Source: an uncultured virus (IMG/VR IMGVR_UViG_3300025853_000066)
Lineage: Duplodnaviria; Heunggongvirae; Uroviricota; Caudoviricetes
Virus record (IMG/VR): IMGVR_UViG_3300025853_000066
DNA: 20,000 nucleotides
Reading direction: 5' to 3' (one strand)
Made by a program: the position numbers and the translations under genes. The notes beneath the pieces are model-generated. The model ran no database searches. It worked only from the letters and a program-made list of their open reading frames with translations, and was not told where the DNA came from. Each line of letters begins with the position of its first letter. The stretch's first letter is position 1. This document shows, one piece after another, positions 1 through 8,143 of the stretch.

Positions 1-2
1 TT

Positions 3-2261
3 TCTGAAGGTGATGAAGAAGAGGAAGAAGAGTTTGTTAATCCTTATGAAACAGATCACTATGCAAACTTAGCTGAAGATCTAGATAAAGATAAACTAGC
101 TGAAATTTCATCTGACCTTTTAAATAAATTTGAAAACGATAAGTCCTCTCGAAAAGATTGGGAAGATCAATATTCAAAAGGACTAAAAATGTTAGGTGTT
201 ATTTCAGAAGAAAGAGATGATCCATTCCCTGGTGCTTCTGGAGTTCATAATCCTTTAATGGCGGAAGCTGCAACTCAATTCCAAGCGAGAGCAATTTCTG
301 AAATGTTTCCACCCGGCGGCCCTGTAAAAACACAAATTATTGGAAAAGTTACAGAAGAAAGAGAGATGCAGGCTCAAAGAGTTCAAGAATTTATGAACTA
401 TCAAATCACTCAGTTAATGCCCGATTACTTTAGCGAACTAGATCAGATGTTATTTAACTTATCTCTAGCAGGATCAGCGTTTAAAAAAGTTTATTATGAC
501 ACTGCTTCAGATCAAGTAAGTGCTAAATTCATTCCTGCGGAAGATTTAGTCGTTTCCTACAGTACAACTGAATTAGATACTTCTCCTCGATATACTCAAA
601 TTATGAAATTAACGACTAATGATGTTAAAAAATACATGAAAACGGGTTTTTATCGTGACATTAAATTAACTTCAGCTTCAAATGATGATGAAGAAAGTCA
701 AGTTCAACAGACTTTAGATGAATTAGACGGAATTAACCCTGGTAATAGTGATCAAACTAGACAAGTTTTAGAGTTTCATGTTAACTATAACTTAGGAAAT
801 GATGAAGATGACTTAGAGTTACCTTACATTATTACAGTAGATCGCTCTTCACAGCAAATTTTAGCGATTAGACGCAATTGGAAAGAAGATGATAAGCTAC
901 AAAACAAGCGAGTTTACTTTATTCACTATAAATATTTACCAGGTTTAGGCTTTTACGGCTTCGGTTTAATACACATGATCGGTGGATTACAGCATGCAAG
1001 CACGGGTGCACTCAGAGCGTTACTTGATAGTGCTGCATTTGCAAATTTAAATGGTGGATTTAAAGCGAAAGGTGCTCGAATTGAAGGTGGAGACATTACA
1101 GTATCACCTGGTGAGTGGGTTGAAGTCGAAGCTTATGGCGATGACTTAAGAAAATCGTTTATTCCACTTCCATTTAAAGAGCCATCACCTACTTTAATGC
1201 AATTATTAGGAATTTTAACTGAATCTGGACGTAGATTTACTTCAATTGCTGATGCTATGGTCGGAGATGCAGCTTCATCTGCTCCTGTCGGAAGTATTGT
1301 AGCACAAATTGAGCAAGGATCAAAAGTATTTAGTGCGATTCATAAAAGATTACACATGGCGCAGGGAAAAGAACTTAAATTAATCGGTGAATTAAACGGA
1401 GAATTCCTAGATAACGAATATCCTTACGAAATTATCGGCGATGAGAAGATGGTTAGACGAAAAGATTTCGATGGACGTGTCGATATTATCCCTGTATCTG
1501 ATCCAAATATTTTTTCAGCGGCACAAAGAATCGCTATGGCGCAAACCGAACTTCAACTAGCTCAATCTGCTCCTCAAATTATCGATGTGCGTAAAGCCTA
1601 TGAACGATTAGTGCGTGCTTTGAATATACCAGAGCCTGAAGAACTATTACTTGAAGAAATGGAGCCAAAAAGAATGGATCCTGTCTCTGAAAATATGGCG
1701 GTATTGAATCAAACTCCGATAAAAGCGTTTATGGATCAAAATCACACTGCTCACTTAGCAGTTCATCAACAATTTTTAGCTGATCCACGATTTGGTGGAA
1801 ATACTCAAGCACAACAAGCTATCTTAGGTCCTATGTTAGCACACATGGCGGAACACTTAGCGTATCAATATAAAATGACTATGCAAAGTTTAGGACAACA
1901 AGCAGGAATGCCGATACAAATTCCTAATATAGACTTTAAAGACAGAGATAGTGAACAGGAAGAACTATCTCCAGAAGCAGAAAACGCTTTAGCGCAGTTT
2001 GAAGCACAAACAGCTCAACTTCTAGCTCAAAGTCAACCTCCGAGTGAAGAACAAGTTAAACAGCAACAACAGAACGCTAAAGATCAAGCTGAACTTCAGC
2101 TTAAAGCGAAAGAAATGCAGATAAGAGAAGCTAGGTTTGTAGAAGGCGTAAAGAAAGATGAAAAAGTTCAAGATAGACTTGAAAGAGAATCAAAATTAAA
2201 AGCACTAGATACAGCTATGAAAATGGCGGAAAGGAAAGATGCTGCAAAAAAAGAGTCTTAG
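3..2261 (+). CDS. Phage portal protein (5'-truncated; true start lies upstream of the window)
   Basis: The frame of the 189..2261 ORF is open back to position 3 (SEGDEEEEEEFVNPYETDHYANLAEDL...SSRKDWEDQYSKGLKMLG). Portal-like motifs: HNPLMAEAATQFQA, LAGSAFKKVYYD, YKYLPGLGFYGFGL, FSAIHKRLH. Q/E-rich helical C-terminal extension like the P22 portal barrel; first gene of the head module. Confidence 0.88.
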   Translation, partial: SEGDEEEEEEFVNPYETDHYANLAEDLDKDKLAEISSDLLNKFENDKSSRKDWEDQYSKGLKMLGVISEERDDPFPGASGVHNPLMAEAATQFQARAISEMFPPGGPVKTQIIGKVTEEREMQAQRVQEFMNYQITQLMPDYFSELDQMLFNLSLAGSAFKKVYYDTASDQVSAKFIPAEDLVVSYSTTELDTSPRYTQIMKLTTNDVKKYMKTGFYRDIKLTSASNDDEESQVQQTLDELDGINPGNSDQTRQVLEFHVNYNLGNDEDDLELPYIITVDRSSQQILAIRRNWKEDDKLQNKRVYFIHYKYLPGLGFYGFGLIHMIGGLQHASTGALRALLDSAAFANLNGGFKAKGARIEGGDITVSPGEWVEVEAYGDDLRKSFIPLPFKEPSPTLMQLLGILTESGRRFTSIADAMVGDAASSAPVGSIVAQIEQGSKVFSAIHKRLHMAQGKELKLIGELNGEFLDNEYPYEIIGDEKMVRRKDFDGRVDIIPVSDPNIFSAAQRIAMAQTELQLAQSAPQIIDVRKAYERLVRALNIPEPEELLLEEMEPKRMDPVSENMAVLNQTPIKAFMDQNHTAHLAVHQQFLADPRFGGNTQAQQAILGPMLAHMAEHLAYQYKMTMQSLGQQAGMPIQIPNIDFKDRDSEQEELSPEAENALAQFEAQTAQLLAQSQPPSEEQVKQQQQNAKDQAELQLKAKEMQIREARFVEGVKKDEKVQDRLERESKLKALDTAMKMAERKDAAKKES

Positions 2262-2460
2262 GCCAACCGGAGAAGAAATAAGACAAGCTAAAAAATTTCT
2301 TCAAAATAAAAAAATAAAAACTCAAGTAATAAAACCTAACTTATTTGCGATGGCTTCAAAAGAAGTAAATAAAAATTATGATCAAACACTACAATCTATT
2401 TTAGAGGTACTAAATGCTAAAACTAACGGAAGCAATTCTAGAGGAAATAAAAAAACTTAG
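2239..2460 (+). CDS. Small basic hypothetical protein
   Basis: 73 aa ORF overlapping the portal end, with AGGA upstream of the ATG; fills the gap in a co-directional operon. Confidence 0.55.
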   Translation: MLQKKSLRPTGEEIRQAKKFLQNKKIKTQVIKPNLFAMASKEVNKNYDQTLQSILEVLNAKTNGSNSRGNKKT

Positions 2461-2617
2461 AAGAGATTTATCTGAACGAACTGTTAATCCAGGATTTGAT
2501 ACTCACGAACAATATATCAAAACTATTGGAATAGTTCATGGTTTAGATAGAGCCAGAGATATTATTAAAGATATTTCTGAACGATACATGAAAGGAGATA
2601 TACTCGAAGATGAGTAA
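2414..2617 (+). CDS. Small helical hypothetical protein (head module)
   Basis: 67 aa; GAGG RBS upstream; contains YIKTIGIVHGLDRARDII, typical of the small ORF found between portal and GroES-like genes in such phages. Confidence 0.7.
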   Translation: MLKLTEAILEEIKKLRRDLSERTVNPGFDTHEQYIKTIGIVHGLDRARDIIKDISERYMKGDILEDE

Positions 2618-2987
2618 TATTATCATGAATAATGATTGGCACACCGATAGTGATGTCGCTGATCCAAAAGAACTACCAATCCCGTGTGGATTTCGAATAC
2701 TCATTCGACCAATCGCACCGATTAAAAAAACGAAAGGTGGAATTATCTTAACTGATAAAGCTGTAGAAGATCAAGCTTATCTTAATAGCAAAGGAAGAGT
2801 TCTTGCTATGGGAGATGAATGTTACGATAAAAGCCAAAAACCGTGGTGTACAATTGGCGACTATGTTGTATATGGTAGATATGCAGGAAGTAAGATTGAC
2901 GTAGGTGGCGTTAAGATGCTCTTGTTAAATGATGATGAGATATTAGCAGTTTTACCAAACCCTGATATCTTAACAACTAAAGTATAA
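2610..2987 (+). CDS. groES: Phage-encoded co-chaperonin GroES (Cpn10-like)
   Basis: Cpn10 motifs in order: PCGFRILIRP, mobile loop KKTKGGIILTD, GRVLAMG, GDYVVYGRYAGSKI, LLNDDEILAV. AGGAG upstream. Confidence 0.9.
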   Translation: MSNIIMNNDWHTDSDVADPKELPIPCGFRILIRPIAPIKKTKGGIILTDKAVEDQAYLNSKGRVLAMGDECYDKSQKPWCTIGDYVVYGRYAGSKIDVGGVKMLLLNDDEILAVLPNPDILTTKV

Positions 2988-2990
2988 ACA

Positions 2991-3007
2991 CGTGGCGCAC
3001 AACCACG
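2991..3007 (+). promoter_or_regulatory. Small GC-rich hairpin in the leader of the putative scaffold gene
   Basis: CGTGG (2991-2995), 7-nt loop, CCACG (3003-3007) in a 41-nt intergenic gap, 8 nt before the GGGAGG RBS (3016-3021). No U-tract follows. Confidence 0.35.
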
Positions 3008-3028
3008 CAATACATGGGAGGTTAAACC

Positions 3029-3982
3029 ATGATAGACGAAGAACTAAAGGAAGTCGAGGTAACTCTTGACGAGGAAAAAGAAGAACAAACAAATCAAAAT
3101 CCAATTGAAGAAGCAATCAATGCGCAACAGTTGGATAATGAAGGAGATTCTTCTAAGAATGCAGAATCAGAAAAGCCTGAATTAGAAGTTGAACTTTCTA
3201 ATCTTAGATCTGAATTAGAAGAAATTAAAAAAGAGCCTTACTCGGAAAGAGTAAAAAAACGTATCGCAAAAGAAGTTGCTAAGACTAGAGCGGCAGCTGA
3301 AAAAGCAAAAATGCTTGAAGATCGTTTAGCTCGTATTGAAGCTTCTATGGCAGAAAAAGAAAAAGAAGAAAAAGAAGTTCAATATAAAACGGTAGCACAA
3401 CAATTACGAGAAGCTATTGAATCAGGTGAAACTGATAAACAGGTAGAATTAATGGAAGCAATGTCAGATTTAAGACAAAGAAAATCTAACGTTCAACCTG
3501 AGAAACCAGTTGAAAATACTAATAATGTTGAAGATAGAATTAATTCTCTTCCAGAATTAGCAAAAGATTGGATTGCTAGAAACTCTGGCTGGTGGAATAA
3601 ACCAGAGCATAGAGATGCTACAACTTTATCTTTTGGTATTGATAATCAATTAGTAGAAGAAGGATATGACGTAAATGATCCGGAATATTATCAAGAACTC
3701 GATAAAAGAATGTCAAAGTATTTTCCTGACTTAATAAATCCGCAACAAACAGCAGATAAAAACACTTCACAAGATGATAAAAAGGTTGTATCTTCAGAAC
3801 AGAAGAGAGTGCAATCGCCAGTTGCAGGTGTTTCTCGATCTACATCGGGTTCTGCTAAGAGCGTTAAGCTATCTGCTGATGATCTAGCAAATGCTAGAAA
3901 ATTTGGAATAGATATTAGCGATCCAGCGGCACTGAAAAGATACGCAAGGGAACTTGCTAGTCTTTCAATACAGGACAAATAG
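3029..3982 (+). CDS. Putative capsid scaffolding protein
   Basis: Strong GGGAGG RBS; acidic N-terminus, long coiled-coil, and short C-terminal helical segment (VKLSADDLANARKFGI...ALKRYARELA). Lies between portal and capsid genes. Confidence 0.7.
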   Translation: MIDEELKEVEVTLDEEKEEQTNQNPIEEAINAQQLDNEGDSSKNAESEKPELEVELSNLRSELEEIKKEPYSERVKKRIAKEVAKTRAAAEKAKMLEDRLARIEASMAEKEKEEKEVQYKTVAQQLREAIESGETDKQVELMEAMSDLRQRKSNVQPEKPVENTNNVEDRINSLPELAKDWIARNSGWWNKPEHRDATTLSFGIDNQLVEEGYDVNDPEYYQELDKRMSKYFPDLINPQQTADKNTSQDDKKVVSSEQKRVQSPVAGVSRSTSGSAKSVKLSADDLANARKFGIDISDPAALKRYARELASLSIQDK

Positions 3983-3997
3983 AAAAGGAGCCTGATA

Positions 3998-4429
3998 ATG
4001 ACAACTAAAGAAACACGAGATGAGCTTTCTCGTAAAAAAGCTTGGAGACCGCCATCATTGTTAGAGGCGCCACCAGCGAGGCCAGGATATAAGCAACGTT
4101 GGGTAGCGACTAGCATTTTAGGTCAAGATAACCCAACTAATTGGGCGAAACGAATGAGAGAAGGTTGGCAACCAAGAGATCCAAAGACAGTGTCTAAGGA
4201 TTTCGCAGTGGCTACCATTGAACATGGAAAGTTCGCCGGTTACATTGGCGTTGAAGGAATGGTTCTCTGTGAAATGCCAGAGGAATTGATTTCGCAGCGT
4301 AATGAATATTATGCAAATAAAACACGAAATCAAGAACTTGCAGTCGAGCATGACTTACATAGATCAGAACAACCAGGTAATCCTATCCAACGAGAACATC
4401 GATCTAAAACGACAGTAGGTGGTGAGTAA
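3998..4429 (+). CDS. Conserved head-module hypothetical protein
   Basis: AAGGAG RBS; motifs WRPPSLL, YKQRWV, MREGW, GMVLCEMPEE, of the kind seen upstream of capsid genes in related phages. Function unknown. Confidence 0.75.
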   Translation: MTTKETRDELSRKKAWRPPSLLEAPPARPGYKQRWVATSILGQDNPTNWAKRMREGWQPRDPKTVSKDFAVATIEHGKFAGYIGVEGMVLCEMPEELISQRNEYYANKTRNQELAVEHDLHRSEQPGNPIQREHRSKTTVGGE

Positions 4430-4461
4430 GGCAATGGCAATTTTAAGGAGGTAAATATAAA

Positions 4462-5031
4462 ATGGCTAACGCAGACACACCAAACGGTTTTGTACCTAAA
4501 AGACACTTAACCGGTGGCGTAATCAGAGCCAATGAATACCTAATTGCAAATGGCAAAGCTGCAAATTTCTTTTCTGGCGATATCGTAGATCTCGGATCAG
4601 ATGGATATTTAGACACTTTCGCTAATACTGAAAAAGCAATTGGAGTATTTTACGGCGCTGAATATGTCGATGAAAGTACAGGTGACGTGAAGTTTGTAAA
4701 AAAATGGACTTCCGGTACCACAGTAAAAGCTAACACAACAGTGAAAGCTTATGTTTATGACGACCCAATGATTACTTACACAGTACAGGCCGGTAACGGT
4801 TCTATTGCTCAAGCTAACATTGGTGAGACAGCAAACGTTCTATTAACAGCAGGTAATTCTACTTACGGTTATTCACAACACGAGTTGGATAACGATACTC
4901 TAGCAACAACTTCACTTGTTCTTAGAGTTCTAAGAAAAGTAGATGAGCCTAATAATGATTTCGGTGAGAATGCTAAAGTTGAAGTAGTTATCAACCAGCA
5001 CAGATTATCGACTCAAGGCGCAGGAGTATAA
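4462..5031 (+). CDS. Putative capsid decoration/cement or minor head protein
   Basis: TAAGGAGG RBS; beta-rich Gly/Thr/Asn composition with FxGDIV, GVFYG and VYDDP motifs; immediately upstream of the major capsid gene. Confidence 0.6.
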   Translation: MANADTPNGFVPKRHLTGGVIRANEYLIANGKAANFFSGDIVDLGSDGYLDTFANTEKAIGVFYGAEYVDESTGDVKFVKKWTSGTTVKANTTVKAYVYDDPMITYTVQAGNGSIAQANIGETANVLLTAGNSTYGYSQHELDNDTLATTSLVLRVLRKVDEPNNDFGENAKVEVVINQHRLSTQGAGV

Positions 5032-5037
5032 TAAGTT

Positions 5038-5946
5038 ATGGCATTAAATAGATCTTTATTTACAAAACAGCTTAACTTAGGCCTCAACACTATTTTTGGT
5101 ATGGAATATGACCGTTACCCAGAACAGTGGAGAGAAATATTCTCTGTTGAGCAATCACAAAAGGCTTTTGAAGAAGATGTACAGATGATTGGTTTCGGTG
5201 CAGCTCCTACTAAAGCAGAAGGCGCAGCTATCTCTTACGAATCAGGAAGAGAAGGTATTGTAGCAAGATATACCCACGAGACAATCGCATTAGCATTTTC
5301 AATTACTGAGGAAGCTGAAGAAGATGGTCTTTACGGTTCACTTGGTGCAAAGTACGCTAGAGCTTTAGCAAGATCAATGCAGCACACAAAAGAAATCAAA
5401 GGTGCTAACATCTTAAACAACGGCTTTAACACAGTAGTCGGTGGTGACGGAGTAAGCATGCTTAATGCATCTCACCCACTTGGCGGTGGCGGAACAGCTT
5501 CAAACATTCTCGCAACTGCAGCTGACTTATCAGAAACATCTCTAGAGACAATGTTAATTCAGATTTCTGAAATGACAGACGATAGAGGTATTCCTGTTGC
5601 AGCTACAGGTCAGAAGCTAATCGTTCCACCTGAGTTAATGTTTATTGCTGAAAGAATCATTAACAGTAACTTAAGACCAGGTACAGCTGACAATGATATT
5701 AACGCTATGAAATCAATGGGAATGATCCCTGGTGGCGTAGCAGTTAATCAGCGTCTAACTGACCCTGATGCGTTCTTCTTAATGACTGACGTGCCAGATG
5801 GCATGAAGCATTTCGTAAGACGTTCACTTAAAAAAGCTGTTGAAGGTGATTTTGAGACAGGAAACTTACGCTACAAAGTATCAGAAAGATATTCATTCGG
5901 TTTCACCGATTGGAGAGGTATCTTCGGTACTCCAGGCGCAGCCTAA
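5038..5946 (+). CDS. Major capsid protein (HK97-like fold)
   Basis: 302 aa with AGGAG RBS; motifs KAEGAAISY, YTHETIALAFSITEEAEED, KLIVPPEL, LTDPDAFFL, GDFETGNLRYKVSERYSFGFTDWRGIFG; followed by a hairpin. Confidence 0.9.
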   Translation: MALNRSLFTKQLNLGLNTIFGMEYDRYPEQWREIFSVEQSQKAFEEDVQMIGFGAAPTKAEGAAISYESGREGIVARYTHETIALAFSITEEAEEDGLYGSLGAKYARALARSMQHTKEIKGANILNNGFNTVVGGDGVSMLNASHPLGGGGTASNILATAADLSETSLETMLIQISEMTDDRGIPVAATGQKLIVPPELMFIAERIINSNLRPGTADNDINAMKSMGMIPGGVAVNQRLTDPDAFFLMTDVPDGMKHFVRRSLKKAVEGDFETGNLRYKVSERYSFGFTDWRGIFGTPGAA

Positions 5947-5959
5947 TAATTAAAAAACT

Positions 5960-5989
5960 GAGAGAGGGTGTTATCGCCCTCTCTTTCTC
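5960..5989 (+). terminator. Intrinsic terminator-like hairpin after the capsid gene
   Basis: AGAGAGGGTG (5961-5970), TTAT loop, CGCCCTCTCT (5975-5984); 10 bp with one G-U pair. Weak TTCT tail on +; the upstream A6 run gives a U-tract on the - strand. Confidence 0.7.
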
Positions 5990-5998
5990 AACATAACA

Positions 5999-6064
5999 AG
6001 TTACATAAACTGAGTTGAGCAGACGGTATAGAGATTATGTAACTCGGTCTATACACCAAGGAGG
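5999..6064 (+). promoter_or_regulatory. Candidate structured RNA (H-type pseudoknot) abutting an RBS
   Basis: P1: AGTTACATAA (5999-6008) pairs perfectly with TTATGTAACT (6035-6044). P2: loop GTATAGA (6026-6032) pairs perfectly with TCTATAC (6048-6054). AAGGAGG at 6058-6064. Confidence 0.65.
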
Positions 6065-6069
6065 TTAAT

Positions 6070-6297
6070 ATGGCTAACACTACTTTTTCAGGACCAGTTA
6101 TTTCAAATAACGGTTTTACAGCTACCGCAATTCTTTTTGCAGATTTGCCAACAGCTTCAGAAAATACAGGTCGTATCCTATTTGTATCAGATGCATTAAA
6201 AGCTTCTGAAACTACAGGTAACGGTACAGGGAACTTAGTTTTCTCTGACGGTTCGAACTGGATTAGAGTAGATACTGGCGCTACTGCTGGTGACTAA
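6070..6297 (+). CDS. Small putative virion protein
   Basis: AAGGAGG RBS; MANTTFSGPV start, LPTAS...GRILFVSD and VFSDGSNW motifs typical of small fibre/head-appendage domains. Confidence 0.75.
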   Translation: MANTTFSGPVISNNGFTATAILFADLPTASENTGRILFVSDALKASETTGNGTGNLVFSDGSNWIRVDTGATAGD

Positions 6298-6300
6298 TTA

Positions 6301-6330
6301 ATATAGGGCCTGTTAAAGGCCCTATTTATT
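6301..6330 (+). terminator. Intrinsic terminator-like hairpin
   Basis: ATAGGGCC (6303-6310), TGTTAAA, GGCCCTAT (6318-6325), followed by TTATT, right after the 6297 stop. Confidence 0.7.
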
Positions 6331-6348
6331 GTATATAGTTGCGATATC

Positions 6349-6816
6349 ATGTCAAGTTATATAGATCAATTTATTTACGATCCAAATAGAGATACTCAAA
6401 GAACATTTGAAGAAGTTCAAGCAGAAATGAAAAGCAATAAAGCTTATTCAACTAAAGAAGAAGAAGTACTAGATGTAGATTTAGAAAATGAAGAAACTAA
6501 AAGTGATGATAAAAAAGTTGATGAAGCATTAGAAAAAGCTGAGAAAAAAACTGATGAAGCAGTATCTCAATTATCAAAATATGCAGATGCTTACAAAAAA
6601 ATAGCTTCTTCTTCATCTGCTCAAAAACCAATTACAGGTCAAAATTTAATGGGAACACCTAGTTCAATGGGAGCATTTGGACCAATGAGTGCAGTACAAC
6701 AATCTACTAGTCCTTATTTTGCAAGTCAAGGAGTATTATCAACTGCCAAAATGAAAGAACTTGATTCTAAAATAGCAACATTAAGAAAAATTTTACAAGG
6801 AGGTGTCAATGTCTAG
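6349..6816 (+). CDS. Hypothetical protein (acidic/coiled N-half, Ser/Gln/Met-rich C-half)
   Basis: 155 aa ORF filling the gap; no clear SD and no recognisable motif. Confidence 0.65.
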   Translation: MSSYIDQFIYDPNRDTQRTFEEVQAEMKSNKAYSTKEEEVLDVDLENEETKSDDKKVDEALEKAEKKTDEAVSQLSKYADAYKKIASSSSAQKPITGQNLMGTPSSMGAFGPMSAVQQSTSPYFASQGVLSTAKMKELDSKIATLRKILQGGVNV

Positions 6817-7096
6817 TTCAGATATTTTCGCTAAAAGCACTACGACAACAGGAAGTGATGTTACTTTATTTGCTGGCCCAATAAGAATAAAAGGATTTAT
6901 TGTAACTCCTACAGGCACAGCAGGTACTGTTACTTTTAAAGATGGTAGTACTACACTATTCGCATTAAGCACGGCAGCATCAGCAGCATCTGGTCCAGTT
7001 CAGATTTCATTACCATCTGAAGGTATTAAATGTTCAACTAATGCTACTGTAAATTTAACTGCAGGTGTATCAGCGATAACAGTATTTATGGCGTAA
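6809..7096 (+). CDS. Small beta-rich putative virion protein
   Basis: Start moved from GTG 6803 to ATG 6809 because GGAGG at 6799-6803 is the RBS. Thr/Gly/Ala-rich (GPIRIKGF, GTVTFKDG, LPSEGIKC). Confidence 0.7.
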   Translation: MSSSDIFAKSTTTTGSDVTLFAGPIRIKGFIVTPTGTAGTVTFKDGSTTLFALSTAASAASGPVQISLPSEGIKCSTNATVNLTAGVSAITVFMA

Positions 7097-7779
7097 TGGC
7101 TACATCAGGTACAGCAACTTTTAACTTAACGGTTAATGATGCGATTCAAGAAGCAATGGATCGTATTGGAGGAGAACCCGTTTTAGGTTATGATATACGT
7201 TCAGCGAAACGTAGTCTTAATGTTATGTTTGCTGATTGGGCAAATCGTGGTGTTAATCAGTGGACACTTGAAAAGAAAACTTTAAGTTTAACTTCTGGCA
7301 CAGTTACTTACACTTTAGATACAGACACTGTCGATATCGTAGATATGTATGTAACGAGAGATAGTACTGATTATAGCGTAGAAAGAATTAGTTTAACTGA
7401 TTATAACGCTTACCCTAATAAAGCAACGGTAGGAAGAGCAACTCAATTTTATTTACAAAAAGATAGAACACCTGAATTATATATTTATCCAGCACCCGAT
7501 AATTCTACTGATGTTATTTCTTATTGGAGAATAAGAAAAATAGAAGATATTACAGCTTTAAGTTCAAGTGGAAATGAACAAGATATTGATATTCCTTTTC
7601 GATTTTACGAATGTATGGTTGCAGGTTTAGCTTATTATATGGGAATGAAAAGAGCAGGTGTAGATTTAAATAAACTATCATATTTAAAAGCTGAATATGA
7701 AACTGCATTTACGAGAGCGAAAGATGCAGATTTAAATGAAACATTTAGAATAGTTCCAGGTTACCGAAGTGGCTTTTAA
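7096..7779 (+). CDS. Putative head-tail adaptor / neck (tail tubular-type) protein
   Basis: MATSGTATFNL, SAKRSLNVMFADWANRGVNQW, LYIYPAPD, DIPFRFYECMVAGLAYY. Size and position fit a head-completion protein; TAATG coupling. Confidence 0.65.
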   Translation: MATSGTATFNLTVNDAIQEAMDRIGGEPVLGYDIRSAKRSLNVMFADWANRGVNQWTLEKKTLSLTSGTVTYTLDTDTVDIVDMYVTRDSTDYSVERISLTDYNAYPNKATVGRATQFYLQKDRTPELYIYPAPDNSTDVISYWRIRKIEDITALSSSGNEQDIDIPFRFYECMVAGLAYYMGMKRAGVDLNKLSYLKAEYETAFTRAKDADLNETFRIVPGYRSGF

Positions 7780-8143
7780 CAAACGTGGACCTAGAAAAGC
7801 ACCTTCTTTTCCTTTCGCTAAAGGAAAATATGCTCGAGCAATTTCAGATCGTTCAGGATTAGAATATCCTTATTTAGAAATGGTTCGTGAATGGAACGGA
7901 CTTTTAGTTCATACTAGCGAATATGAATCTAAACAACCACAACTCGATCCAATAGTTTTTAGTGATCCAGAAGCACTAAAGAATGCCAGACCTCAGGCTC
8001 CTCTTTCAGCTACAGGAGGCGTACCTAATCAATTATCAGTAATCTATCCGGGCACTTTCGGAGACACAGGACAGGAAGTAGGAGTAGCTACCGGAAACCA
8101 AATTGGATTGGAGTTAGGAAATGTCTCAGTCGTCATCAGCTAA
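7769..8143 (+). CDS. Conserved neck-region hypothetical protein
   Basis: GTG start overlapping the upstream stop; motif GKYARAISDRSGLEYPY...EWNGLLVH..EYESKQPQL...DPEALKNARP. Confidence 0.7.
   Translation: MAFNKRGPRKAPSFPFAKGKYARAISDRSGLEYPYLEMVREWNGLLVHTSEYESKQPQLDPIVFSDPEALKNARPQAPLSATGGVPNQLSVIYPGTFGDTGQEVGVATGNQIGLELGNVSVVIS

Noticed and set aside
3691..4812. Minus-strand ORFs 3691..4116, 4118..4351 and 4609..4812
   Set aside because: Antisense shadows of well-supported + strand head genes; no RBS or protein-like motifs.
5925..5960. Programmed frameshift or readthrough extending the capsid protein, stimulated by the pseudoknot
   Set aside because: No slippery heptamer before the stop, tandem TAA TAA stops, and the pseudoknot is over 50 nt downstream behind another hairpin.
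6009..6034. Hammerhead ribozyme (CTGAG resembles CUGANGA)
   Set aside because: The CUGANGA core is incomplete, and there is no GAAA element or three-stem junction.
6803..6808. GTG start at 6803 given by the ORF track
   Set aside because: It overlaps the GGAGG RBS; ATG 6809 has the proper spacing.
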